Below are positions 45,958-55,352 of a stretch of 55,415 nt of DNA, piece by piece. The notes beneath the pieces are model-generated. The model ran no database searches and was not told the origin of the DNA. It saw only the letters and a list, made by a program, of their open reading frames with translations. The stretch comes from Thiobacillus sp. (GTDB taxonomy: Bacteria > Pseudomonadota > Gammaproteobacteria > Burkholderiales > Thiobacillaceae), in the NCBI GenBank assembly GCA_019459705.1, contig JAIBFE010000179.1, positions 1 to 55,415 on the forward strand, read 5' to 3'. The first letter of the stretch is position 1. The number at the start of each line of letters is the position of its first letter. A program made the position numbers and the translations under genes.

Positions 45958-46980
45958 TTACTGTTGTCTTGTCCATAAGCCAGCTAGCCGCTTCCATAAG
46001 CCGGTCTTTGCATGGCTGGCATGCTCCAGGTTGGGATGCCGAATGACAAGAGCTTCCCATTCCTGCAGCAAAGAGGGATTCGGGGAGGAGGCGTCATTGG
46101 CCGCATTAATCGCGATGGTGCGAGCCCCAGCAGCCTTCTTTTCCAGCATGGCATGTAAATTTACAGGAGGACGGCGTCTGCGCATCGCTGCTCTTATCGG
46201 TTCAAATGTCGGATTGTTGACGTATTCGTTCATCAGGATCACCCCATCGAGGGTAATCCGGTATTTCCGTTTGGCGAAGTGGTGGGCACTGGTTGATCCG
46301 CCATGTACCCGAAAACTGGCAAGAGTCTCTGGCAGGTAAGTGAAACCGTGATGAACGGCTATACGTACCCAATACTCCGTATCGCAGATCATCGCCAATT
46401 CCGCATCAAACAGGCCATAACGCGCAAATGCCTCCCGGCGAATCAGCGTTGCCGTGGGTTCCCCAAAATAATTCACGCCAAATAACCGGATGGCGGCATG
46501 ACAAACCTCTTCGGAAGGGATGTAAACGGTCCCTGCTCCAAACAGTCGCTCGGGGTTGATGTGCTGTTCGTAATATTGCCTTGTTTCCTCGGTTGTGCCG
46601 TCCTCGAAAATGAAGTCGCGACGGCAGACGATCAACCAGGCGTCCCGGGTGGCGGCGCCAAGCATTTCCTCAATGCATCGTGGGGCGATCAGGTCGTCCT
46701 GGAAGACAAACTTGATCCATTCGCCGCGCGCCAGTTCGATGCAGCGGTTCCAGTTGCCGACAAGGCCTAGATTCGATTCATTTCTGACAAGGCGAATGCG
46801 TTTGTCTTGCCTCGCATAGTCTTCAGCTATCGCATGGGTTTCATCAACAGAGCAGTCATCGACGATGATGAGCTCGAAATCGGGCATGGTCTGGTGTAGC
46901 ACACTGTCCAGGCATGCCCTGATATATCGGGCCCCATTGTAGGTGGGGATGCATATGCTGATTAACGGTGATGCATTCAT
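45958..46980 (-). CDS. GT2 glycosyltransferase
   Basis: SICIPTYN, IVDDCS.D, GLVGNWN, KFVFQDD, GEPT, D.EYW.R. Confidence 0.9.
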   Translation of the reverse strand: MNASPLISICIPTYNGARYIRACLDSVLHQTMPDFELIIVDDCSVDETHAIAEDYARQDKRIRLVRNESNLGLVGNWNRCIELARGEWIKFVFQDDLIAPRCIEEMLGAATRDAWLIVCRRDFIFEDGTTEETRQYYEQHINPERLFGAGTVYIPSEEVCHAAIRLFGVNYFGEPTATLIRREAFARYGLFDAELAMICDTEYWVRIAVHHGFTYLPETLASFRVHGGSTSAHHFAKRKYRITLDGVILMNEYVNNPTFEPIRAAMRRRRPPVNLHAMLEKKAAGARTIAINAANDASSPNPSLLQEWEALVIRHPNLEHASHAKTGLWKRLAGLWTRQQ

Positions 46981-46993
46981 GCGGAAGTGGTAG

Positions 46994-48190
46994 CTAGGGA
47001 TTGATCGCCTGCACGAGCTTGTCCATGACCCTGTGGACGGCACCCTTGGCTAACGCCGACTTTTCTGCGAAATAGCCTGCGCCCAATTCTTCAGCCCACC
47101 GGAGTCTTTCTGCTGCTTCGGACCAGGCGTTCAGGCGAAGTGCCGGATCAAGCCCGGCGATGTCCAGGAAGCCACCGAGCTTGTCTACGGACAGGGGGGC
47201 AATAAGGTGGGGGATGCCAAATGAAAAGGCGGTAATGTTGGCGTGCATGCTGGTTCCCAGAAAAATGTTGCAGGCTGCCAGCACTGAAAGCATGTCCCGA
47301 ATTGATCGTATGTCGATGTACTTGAATGCTCCATTCGAAATTGCGCAAAGGCGCTTAAGCGCTTGGTCATCATTGTGACAATAACCTATCGGCACAAGCG
47401 CGACTTCGCACTGGGTTTGTTTGCTGAATTGCTGAATCTGCTTGGTGATTTCCACATAGCTGCTTTCGGATTGAGGGGCGCACTGAAAGCCGAGAACCCG
47501 CTTTGTGGTGTCTACTCCATAAGAGCCTAGGATCTCCCGGCCCCGGATCGCTTCTGCATTGCGATCATAAAAGTCGCTCAGCGTCACAATCAAGTCCGGA
47601 GCCACCTCTATGCTTTGCGTCACTCCGGCCCGTTTCAGCTTGTCGGCGGATTGCTGATCCCTTACATAAATAAAGGCAGCATTGTTGAATGCGTGTGCGA
47701 CTGTATTGCGCTCGTGCTCCTTGAACTCGAATGGCACACCGCAGGAACAGTAGACCACCTTGCCCAGGGCGGGTTGCTCATCGGCATCCAGAATCAGCGG
47801 CCCCACGGCTTTGTAGGCCATGAATTGGTTGACAAATTTTGCAACCAGGTCCGACTCGCCGAAGATTAATTTCTTTAACCCGTAAAACGGCTTCTTCTGG
47901 GCTCGCTGCCGATATAGCGACTCATAATGTGAGGCAAGAACGCCCTTGTCCGTGCGAATGATGTCACCCCCCCCTATGACCAGGGAATCAAGTTGTGTCG
48001 AAGAGTGATTGAGGAGCTCGAATATCGAATCGACTTCATACCCTGCATCCGCCGGTGCCGGCCCTTCAAGAAATCCAAATGGCCTGATTTCCCCGGTGAA
48101 TTTCCGGGATTGCATCATGTGCCGGAATACGATGGGATAGAGCAAATCGCCATAATTCTCGACGTCGCAAGTGCAGAAATTACCGATCAT
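46994..48190 (-). CDS. Polysaccharide pyruvyl transferase family protein
   Basis: NYGDLL, IGGGD, YVRD..S, PD, SMHA.I.A...G.P. Confidence 0.82.
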   Translation of the reverse strand: MIGNFCTCDVENYGDLLYPIVFRHMMQSRKFTGEIRPFGFLEGPAPADAGYEVDSIFELLNHSSTQLDSLVIGGGDIIRTDKGVLASHYESLYRQRAQKKPFYGLKKLIFGESDLVAKFVNQFMAYKAVGPLILDADEQPALGKVVYCSCGVPFEFKEHERNTVAHAFNNAAFIYVRDQQSADKLKRAGVTQSIEVAPDLIVTLSDFYDRNAEAIRGREILGSYGVDTTKRVLGFQCAPQSESSYVEITKQIQQFSKQTQCEVALVPIGYCHNDDQALKRLCAISNGAFKYIDIRSIRDMLSVLAACNIFLGTSMHANITAFSFGIPHLIAPLSVDKLGGFLDIAGLDPALRLNAWSEAAERLRWAEELGAGYFAEKSALAKGAVHRVMDKLVQAINP

Positions 48191-48304
48191 GGGCGGAATG
48201 ATATGGACGAGGTCGTGAACGAGGCGAAATGCACCGGCGAAAAATTGCTTGCGGCAACATCTAATGGCACTTCATGGTTTTCGCAAAGATGCCTTTTGAC
48301 CAAG

Positions 48305-48439
48305 TGCAGGCTGTCCTCGTAAATGACTGTTGTTAACGGAAGCGATAGATGGCGTGTGGGGCATGCATAAGCAGGAACAATAGCACTGGCAAGGCTTGGC
48401 CCGCATCGCGGTAATAGACATTGGATCATTGCGCCGACG
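48305..48439 (-). pseudogene. Decayed internal fragment of wzm (direct repeat of about 50077-50215)
   Basis: 48344-48439 aligns to 50121-50215 at about 80 of 96 columns (15 mismatches, one inserted base; hand alignment); weaker co-linear match back to about 48305. Confidence 0.85.
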
Positions 48440-48653
48440 GCAGGGGTTGAAGCCGCAATCATTTTCCATCCTTATGTGGTCCCGCAAGTGAGTAGAAGGG
48501 GCCTTGGCGTATATCTCATCTTTCTCGAATGGCGATTTCGCCATCCAATCAGGGGACAAAATTTGCTGTTTGTTCTTTGGATTTATGATTGAGCCAATCG
48601 AAATGGGTATGACTTGGTGACTTTAACAGTCAAATAAGTTTTGAGCATTTGAA

Positions 48654-49871
48654 TCAAGGTGATGAAACAGCATTGACCAGGATGTTTTCGATGGATCGCA
48701 CATATCGTTCTTCAGTAAACCTCTCAAGAACTTTTGCGCGGCCCGCCTCGCCAAAGCGGCGTCTCCTCTCGGGGTCTTCGAGCAGCAAGAGAATTCTGTT
48801 GGCCATTTCGTGAGCATCTTTAACATTCACGAAATAGCCATCTCTGTTATTCCCGATAATTTCTTCGGGGCCACCGCATCTTGTTGCGACCACCGGCGTT
48901 TCAACGGCCATGGATTCAATGGCGGTCAAGCCAAAAGATTCCTGCTCTGATGATATAACCAAAACATCGATCGCAGCCAAGACCATGGCTGGCTCGTCAC
49001 ACCAGCCGGTTAGCGTGACCTTGTCAGCAAGATTGAATCCAGCCACTTGTTTTTCTAACGCCCTCACATAATGTTCGGCGCCGGTCCCCACGATGAGAAA
49101 ATGAACATCGGGACGTTTGCTCGCGACTTTTTGTGCCGCAGCAAGGAAAGTGTGGTGATCCTTTCTGGGTTGAATTGCTCCAACAACAGCGACCCAGTTC
49201 TTTGAAGGATCGATGTTCCAGCGCGATGCTACTTGGGTGCGTGCACTAATCCGGTCATATGGGTATGGGAGTTTCACTCCGTTGTGTACGACGCTGTGAT
49301 TGGTTCTCAGACCGGGATATTCGCGCGCCAACGCTTGTGAGGGAAAGATTGCGTGTGTCGACAAGAGGCGAAGGCCGGTCACGTATAGCCAACGCGGAAT
49401 CAAGGGAAGCAACTCGCTATTGCCGTATATGGGCTCGTGAATGTGCCAAATATGCGGTTTGCCTGTCATGCGCGCGGCCAGCGCGCCCTCAACAAAAGTG
49501 ACAGTATTGCTATAAACGGCATCAATGCCTTCTCGATCAATAAGTCGGGCAATCGCGTGCACGCGGCTTCGCAGCGAGGCGAGCATTTTCCTTCTATGCC
49601 ATTGACGGTTTTCTTTGCGTACCTCGGCAACGCACGGTGCCCAATGGATGATGTTCCCGACTGTGATCGGGACGTTTGCGTCTGCAGCGCACTTTGAGAG
49701 CTCCCCTCGACCCGGCACAAATAAGTATGGGGAAATAATGTGGCGGTTTAAGCCTTGCAGCAGCGTTAGCAAGGTCTGCTGCGCGCCGGCCATTCCGCCA
49801 TTATGGGAAATAAAGAGTGTTCGAAAGGGGTGGGGGGGTTCTCGGGGAGGCGGGAGATGCTTTTTAAACAT
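48654..49871 (-). CDS. GT4 glycosyltransferase
   Basis: AGAQQTL, YSNT, HIWHIHE, HNGV, PRKD, ESFGLTAIESMA, GGPEEII. Confidence 0.9.
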   Translation of the reverse strand: MFKKHLPPPREPPHPFRTLFISHNGGMAGAQQTLLTLLQGLNRHIISPYLFVPGRGELSKCAADANVPITVGNIIHWAPCVAEVRKENRQWHRRKMLASLRSRVHAIARLIDREGIDAVYSNTVTFVEGALAARMTGKPHIWHIHEPIYGNSELLPLIPRWLYVTGLRLLSTHAIFPSQALAREYPGLRTNHSVVHNGVKLPYPYDRISARTQVASRWNIDPSKNWVAVVGAIQPRKDHHTFLAAAQKVASKRPDVHFLIVGTGAEHYVRALEKQVAGFNLADKVTLTGWCDEPAMVLAAIDVLVISSEQESFGLTAIESMAVETPVVATRCGGPEEIIGNNRDGYFVNVKDAHEMANRILLLLEDPERRRRFGEAGRAKVLERFTEERYVRSIENILVNAVSSP

Positions 49872-49872
49872 G

Positions 49873-50691
49873 CTAAATCACATCTGCGAAGTAGCTTTCC
49901 GCACGTTTGAAATACAGATAGCTCATGGGTAGCAGGATGGCGATCATGACGGCGCCTGGGATCATGGCGTTCAGGTCCGGCGGCGCCCCCCTTAGAACGA
50001 CGCTCTGGAATGCGTCGATGATGCCGGCCAGGGGGTTGAGGGTGTACACGGTATAGAGCGCATCGGACCATTCGCCTGCAGCCTGTTGTACCAGCAATTT
50101 GTCCTTGACCAGTTGTAGCGGATAGATGACTGGCGAGGCATACATAAGCAGGGACAACAATACTGGCAAGGCTTGGCCAGCATCGCGGTAATAGACGTTG
50201 ATCGCCGCGCCGACGAAGGCGATGGTTAGCGAGCCCAGCACCGTGTAGGCGATGATGAGCGGCACCCACAGGATATAGGCGGTCGGCATCATGCCGTACC
50301 ACGCCATCAGTCCTGCCAGAATGATGAAGTTGATGCCCAGTTCCACCAGCTTGGTAAGGACCGACGTGATGGGGAAGATTTCGCGCGGGAAGTAGATTTT
50401 CTTGATCAGCGCAGTGTTGCTGACAACGCTGTTGACGCCGTCGGAGGCGGACTCCTGGAAGAAGGTCCAGGGCATGAGCGCCGCAAACACCAGGATGGGA
50501 TAGGGGATGTCGCCGCTCTCGATGCCGACGAAGCTTTTGACCAGGGTGAAGATCAGCATCAGCGTGACCGGCTTGAGGATCGCCCAGGCGATGCCCAGGT
50601 AGGCCTGCTTGTATCGGATCGCGATGTTTTTCCAGGCGAGTGTCGCCATCAGTTCGCGGTAGTCGTATAGGTTCTTGGCGATGGTGAGCAT
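49873..50691 (-). CDS. wzm: Polysaccharide ABC exporter permease
   Basis: RYKQAYLG..W, LIKKIYFPRE, NVYYRD, SPVIYP, LNP, FADVI C-terminus; about six TM. Confidence 0.92.
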   Translation of the reverse strand: MLTIAKNLYDYRELMATLAWKNIAIRYKQAYLGIAWAILKPVTLMLIFTLVKSFVGIESGDIPYPILVFAALMPWTFFQESASDGVNSVVSNTALIKKIYFPREIFPITSVLTKLVELGINFIILAGLMAWYGMMPTAYILWVPLIIAYTVLGSLTIAFVGAAINVYYRDAGQALPVLLSLLMYASPVIYPLQLVKDKLLVQQAAGEWSDALYTVYTLNPLAGIIDAFQSVVLRGAPPDLNAMIPGAVMIAILLPMSYLYFKRAESYFADVI

Positions 50692-50923
50692 GGTTTTATT
50701 GTGTGATTGAACTGCGAACGACTTCTCTTTCCCCGGTGCCTTCAACTATGCCATGTTGAAGGATCGACGGGAATGACGACATCACAAACGCGGTGCGGTG
50801 GATGCTTGCGCGTCTGCGAATCGGTGTTCCCTGCCTGCCCGATGCCGGTCTGGCTGAAAGCATGGCTGCGACGAAAGGGGGTGAGTGGGGGCATGGGTGT
50901 CTATTGTGAGTCCAGGTCATGAC

Positions 50924-50940
50924 AGCAAGGGATGTACCAG
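50924..50940 (-). promoter_or_regulatory. Putative sigma-54 promoter upstream of wzm
   Basis: Minus strand CTGGTACATCCCTTGCT = TGGYAC-N5-TTGCT, about 230 bp upstream of the wzm ATG. Confidence 0.65.
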
Positions 50941-51084
50941 ATAAACGAATGCCCCCTGCCTGTGAGGCGGGGCGTGTGAGGTTTGGGTGGTTCAGGGTGT
51001 TTCCGGCGCGATCGGCTGCCCCGATCATGAATGTCCCTTGAGGGTGGGCCCGCCGGTTGGATGGCCGCCCCGTAAAACAGCTGT

Positions 51085-52050
51085 TCAGCCTTCGAAACGC
51101 GTGCTGCGGCGATGGGTGACGAAATCGACCAGGTTGCGGTAAAGGGGAGAGGGGAGCAGGCTGGCAAGCAGGTGCTTGAGGTCGCCTGCTTGCCAGTTGG
51201 CCTTGCGGAAGGCGCGGCGGAACAGGCGGCGGGCAGATTCGGTGTCGTTGCGCCAGTGGCAGCGATAGGCTTCGTGCAGCAGGGGATCGTAGATCAGAGC
51301 GTGAAGGCGGGCGGGGGGGTGTTGGGCGACGAGTTCGGGGTGGTGCTGGACAAAGTCGCGGCGCACGGCAACGGCGTCGAACACCTGTTGCCAGCGCGGG
51401 ATGCGGGAGTGGCGGGTGGCATGCCTGCGATGAAACGCAAGCACCTCGGGCACGCGTGCAAGTCGGGGCTGGCGTCCTAGCATCCTCAGCCACAGGTCGT
51501 AGTCCATGGCGGTGGGGCGTTCGGAAAACCCGCGCAACTCGTCGATGAGCGGGCGGCGGGTCAGCACGCTGTTGTTCGGCCAGGGGCCGTGCTCCAGAAA
51601 ATGGTTGGCCGCCTCGCTGGCGTCGAGGATGGGCGGAATTTTCGGGCTGGGGTCGGTTGCGGCGACGCCGATGTCCTGCCATCCGCAATAGGCGACATCG
51701 GCAGGGACGGTTTCGAGCGCCGCGTGCATCAGCCGCAGTGCGTCCGGGTGCCAGACGTCATCGGCGTCGAGAAAGGCGATGTAGTTGCCATTGGCGCGGG
51801 CGAGTGCTGCATTGCGCGCGGCGAAGGGGCCGCTGCGGTTCTGGTAGACGAGGGTGATGCGCTCTGGATTTTCGGAGGCCAGCCGCTGCAGGGTTTCGGT
51901 CGAGCCGTCGGTCGAGCCGTCGTCGACCACGACCAGTTCGACGCGGGGATAGCTTTGCCCGAGCACGCCCTTGACCGCTTCTTCCACGTAGGACACGGCG
52001 TTGTGGCACGGCATGACGACGGAGATCAATGCGGGGTCGAAGTTGTCCAT
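51085..52050 (-). CDS. GT2 glycosyltransferase
   Basis: [35 protein letters not shown]. Confidence 0.9.
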   Translation of the reverse strand: MDNFDPALISVVMPCHNAVSYVEEAVKGVLGQSYPRVELVVVDDGSTDGSTETLQRLASENPERITLVYQNRSGPFAARNAALARANGNYIAFLDADDVWHPDALRLMHAALETVPADVAYCGWQDIGVAATDPSPKIPPILDASEAANHFLEHGPWPNNSVLTRRPLIDELRGFSERPTAMDYDLWLRMLGRQPRLARVPEVLAFHRRHATRHSRIPRWQQVFDAVAVRRDFVQHHPELVAQHPPARLHALIYDPLLHEAYRCHWRNDTESARRLFRRAFRKANWQAGDLKHLLASLLPSPLYRNLVDFVTHRRSTRFEG

Positions 52051-52177
52051 GAGCGGATTATGGGTTGAGTGGGGCGCGATGCAAAGGGCTGCCTGCCGCG
52101 TCGCGTGGGAGGTCCACCCTCGGGCTGGCCGCCTTTGGTTACAATCAGCCATCGCGCCTATATTCATTCATTGCACC

Positions 52178-53257
52178 ATGCAAACCCTCACCGTCGACCT
52201 CGGCGACCGCTCCTACCCCATCCATATCGGCGCCGGCCTCTTGGCCCGGCCCGATTTGATCCTGCCGCATCTGGCGCAGAAGCGCGTGATGGTGGTGACC
52301 AATACCACGGTGGCGCCGCTGTATCTGGCGCAGCTGACGGCGACGCTGGAGGCCGGCGGCGTCAAGGTGGCGCAGGTGGTGCTGCCGGACGGCGAGGCCT
52401 ACAAGACCTGGGAGACGCTGAACCTGATCTTCGACGCGCTGCTGACCGACCGCGCCGAGCGCAAGACCACCCTCATCGCACTCGGCGGCGGGGTGATCGG
52501 CGACATGACCGGATTTGCAGCGGCGTGCTACCAGCGTGGCATTCCCTTTATCCAGATTCCCACCACGCTCCTGTCGCAAGTCGATTCGTCGGTCGGCGGC
52601 AAAACCGGGATCAACCATCCGCTCGGCAAGAACATGATCGGCGCGTTCTACCAGCCGAAAGTGGTGCTGGCCGATACCGACACGCTGAAGACGCTGCCGG
52701 CGCGCGAGCTGTCGGCGGGGCTCGCCGAGGTGATCAAGTACGGCCTGATCTGGGATGCCGACTTCTTGGCCTGGCTGGAAGCCAGCATGGACAAGCTGCG
52801 TGCACTCGATGCCGCGGCGATCAGCCACGCGATTTATCGTTCCTGCGAAATCAAGGCGCAGGTGGTGGGACAGGACGAGCGCGAAGGCGGCATCCGCGCC
52901 ATCCTCAACCTGGGCCACACCTTCGGCCACGCGATCGAGACCGGCATGGGCTATGGCACCTGGCTGCACGGCGAGGCGGTGGCGGCGGGCATGGTGATGG
53001 CGGCGCAGACCTCGCAGCGCCTGGGCTGGATCTCCGAGGCCGACGTGGCGCGCACCCGCGCGCTGATTCGCGCCGCCGGCCTGCCGGACGTGGCGCCGGA
53101 CCTGGGCGTCGATGCCTGGCTGGAATACATGGGCCACGACAAGAAGGTCGAGGGCGGAAAAATGCGCTTCGTGCTGCTGAAAAAGTTGGGCGAGGCGGTG
53201 ATCACCGGCGACGTGCCGGCCGATGTGCTGAGCGGCGTGCTGAGCGCGCCACACTGA
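52178..53257 (+). CDS. aroB: 3-dehydroquinate synthase
   Basis: [59 protein letters not shown]. Confidence 0.97.
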   Translation: MQTLTVDLGDRSYPIHIGAGLLARPDLILPHLAQKRVMVVTNTTVAPLYLAQLTATLEAGGVKVAQVVLPDGEAYKTWETLNLIFDALLTDRAERKTTLIALGGGVIGDMTGFAAACYQRGIPFIQIPTTLLSQVDSSVGGKTGINHPLGKNMIGAFYQPKVVLADTDTLKTLPARELSAGLAEVIKYGLIWDADFLAWLEASMDKLRALDAAAISHAIYRSCEIKAQVVGQDEREGGIRAILNLGHTFGHAIETGMGYGTWLHGEAVAAGMVMAAQTSQRLGWISEADVARTRALIRAAGLPDVAPDLGVDAWLEYMGHDKKVEGGKMRFVLLKKLGEAVITGDVPADVLSGVLSAPH

Positions 53258-53267
53258 GGGATTCTTG

Positions 53268-54398
53268 ATGGAACCGTCGTTCGCCTCCTACGCAGCGCAT
53301 TCCAGTCAAACCCGCGGGCGGCTGCATCCCGAGCCCTCCGCCGCGCCGCGCTCGGAATTCCAGCGCTACCGCGACCGCATCATCCATTCCACCGCTTTCC
53401 GCCGACTGGAATACAAGACGCAGGTGTTCGTGAACCACGAGGGCGACCTCTTCCGCACGCGGCTGACCCACAGTCTGGAAGTGGCGCAGATCGGCCGCAC
53501 CATTGCCCGGCTGCTGGGCCTCAACGAAGACCTGGTTGAAGCCGTGGCGCTGGCGCACGACCTCGGCGACACGCCGTTCGGCCACGCCGGCCAGGATGCA
53601 CTGAACGCCTGCATGCGCGAACACGGCGGCTTCGAGCACAACCTGCAGTCGCTGCGCGTGGTCGACCTGCTGGAAGAGCGCTATGCCGAATTCGACGGGC
53701 TGAATCTCACCTTCGAGGCGCGCGAGGGCATCCTCAAGCACTGCTCGCTGGGCAATGCCGAGAAACTCGGCGACATCGGCGCGCGCTTTCTCAACAAGCA
53801 GCAGCCCTCGCTGGAAGCGCAGATCGCCAACCTGGCCGATGAAATCGCCTACAACAACCACGATGTCGACGACGGCCTGCGCTCGGGGCTGATCACGCTG
53901 GAGCACCTGATGGAGGTGCAGCTGTTCGCACGCCATCTGGGCGAGGTCCGCAGCCATTATCCGGTACTGAACGGCCGCCGCGTGGTGACCGAAACCGTGC
54001 GCCGCATGATCAACACGCTGATCCTCGACCTGGTCAACACGACGCGGATCAACATCGAAAACAGCGGGGTGCAGACGCTGGACGACGTGCGTGCCGCGCC
54101 GCCGCTGGCGGCCTTCAGCCCTGCGCTGCTGGACGAACACCGCGAACTGAAGCGCTTTCTGCATCGTCACCTGTACCGCCATTACAAGGTGGCGCGCATG
54201 AGTGCCAAGGCCAGCCGCATCATCACCGATCTTTACACCGCGTTCACTGGCGATGCCCGCCTGCTTCCACCCGAGCACCAGGCGCGCGAATCGCTGGAGG
54301 GCGCGCGCGCGGTGGCTGATTACATTGCGGGCATGACCGACCGTTATGCCATGCGCGAACACCGGCGGATTTTTGCGGTGGAGGAAATTTACGGCTGA
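53268..54398 (+). CDS. dgt: Deoxyguanosinetriphosphate triphosphohydrolase (HD-domain dGTPase-like)
   Basis: [51 protein letters not shown]; follows aroB. Confidence 0.92.
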   Translation: MEPSFASYAAHSSQTRGRLHPEPSAAPRSEFQRYRDRIIHSTAFRRLEYKTQVFVNHEGDLFRTRLTHSLEVAQIGRTIARLLGLNEDLVEAVALAHDLGDTPFGHAGQDALNACMREHGGFEHNLQSLRVVDLLEERYAEFDGLNLTFEAREGILKHCSLGNAEKLGDIGARFLNKQQPSLEAQIANLADEIAYNNHDVDDGLRSGLITLEHLMEVQLFARHLGEVRSHYPVLNGRRVVTETVRRMINTLILDLVNTTRINIENSGVQTLDDVRAAPPLAAFSPALLDEHRELKRFLHRHLYRHYKVARMSAKASRIITDLYTAFTGDARLLPPEHQARESLEGARAVADYIAGMTDRYAMREHRRIFAVEEIYG

Positions 54399-54473
54399 CC
54401 CTCCCGGTTCAGGGGTAAATGCGGCGTGCCGGGCAGCCGTAAGTGTGGGCATTCCCACCACGCGGAGTTCGCC

Positions 54474-55352
54474 ATGCCCAAGCGCATCCCTTTCGCTGTA
54501 TCCGTGCTCGTTGCCGTGCTCGTTGCCGGCGCCGCGCATGCGCAAAGCCTGCAAGCCGGGCAGCCGGCCGGCAATGAGTCGCTGCTGGCGGTCAACGACC
54601 AGGGCGAATTGCTGAGCTTCCGCGCGGGCAAACCGGGGAAGATCCTGTCGCGCAAGAAGATCGCCGGACTGGGCGAGGGCGTGCGCGGCATCGATTTCCG
54701 CGTGTCGCATGGCGTGCTGTTCGTGCTGACTGAGAGCGGGCGCATTTATACCCTCGACGTCAACACTGCGCAGGCCAAACCGGTAGGCGAGGCGCCGCTC
54801 GCGTTGCCCGCCATCGAAACCGGCTTCGATTTCAACCCGACCGTCGACCGCATGCGCATCGCGCTGGCCGACGGCACCAACAAGCGCGCCCATCCGGTGA
54901 GCGGGTCGCAGGTCGATGCCGACCCCAGGACCGAGGGCATCCAGGCCGACGGCATGCTGACCTACGCGCCGGGCGATCCCCATGCCGGCTGGGCCGCGAT
55001 GATCAATGGCGTCGCTTACACCTACAACCAGAAGAACGACAAGCTCACCACCAATTTCGCCATTGACGGCGCACGCGGCACGCTCGTCACCATGGGCAGC
55101 CGCGAAGGTGCCGAACCGGCCGTATCGCCCAACGGCGGCCTCGTTTTTACCGTGGGCCTGCTGCAGACCGGCCCGGTTACGCAGGTGTCGTTCGACATTT
55201 CCGACGTGCATAACACCGCCTACCTTGCCGCCACCCGTGCAGGCGATACCCGCAGCCACCTGTTTCGCGTCAACCTCGATACCGGCGAAGCGCGTTTTGT
55301 CGGCACGATCGGCAAGAAGGAGCGGCTGCAGGGCATGGCCATCGAGCCATGA
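54474..55352 (+). CDS. Secreted DUF4394-like protein
   Basis: Signal peptide (AHA-Q), GIDFR, G.IY, GFDFNPTVDR.R, AY.N-like, SPNGG...TVG.L, FDI. Confidence 0.75.
   Translation: MPKRIPFAVSVLVAVLVAGAAHAQSLQAGQPAGNESLLAVNDQGELLSFRAGKPGKILSRKKIAGLGEGVRGIDFRVSHGVLFVLTESGRIYTLDVNTAQAKPVGEAPLALPAIETGFDFNPTVDRMRIALADGTNKRAHPVSGSQVDADPRTEGIQADGMLTYAPGDPHAGWAAMINGVAYTYNQKNDKLTTNFAIDGARGTLVTMGSREGAEPAVSPNGGLVFTVGLLQTGPVTQVSFDISDVHNTAYLAATRAGDTRSHLFRVNLDTGEARFVGTIGKKERLQGMAIEP

Noticed and set aside
47967-47974. C8 tract (G8 on the coding strand) in the pyruvyltransferase as a phase-variation switch; also T8 at 3624-3631
   Set aside because: The tracts are short and in frame, and the G8 is explained by the conserved GGG motif. 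Only read-level length variation would revive the idea.
54410-54445. Possible ECF-sigma promoter (GTAAAT...CGTAA) before the DUF4394-like gene
   Set aside because: The -35 element does not match a consensus I can assign with confidence.
54474-55352. DUF4394-like protein as a PEP-CTERM substrate
   Set aside because: It ends GMAIEP* with no VPEP, TM helix or basic tail, and the sequence after the stop does not encode one.
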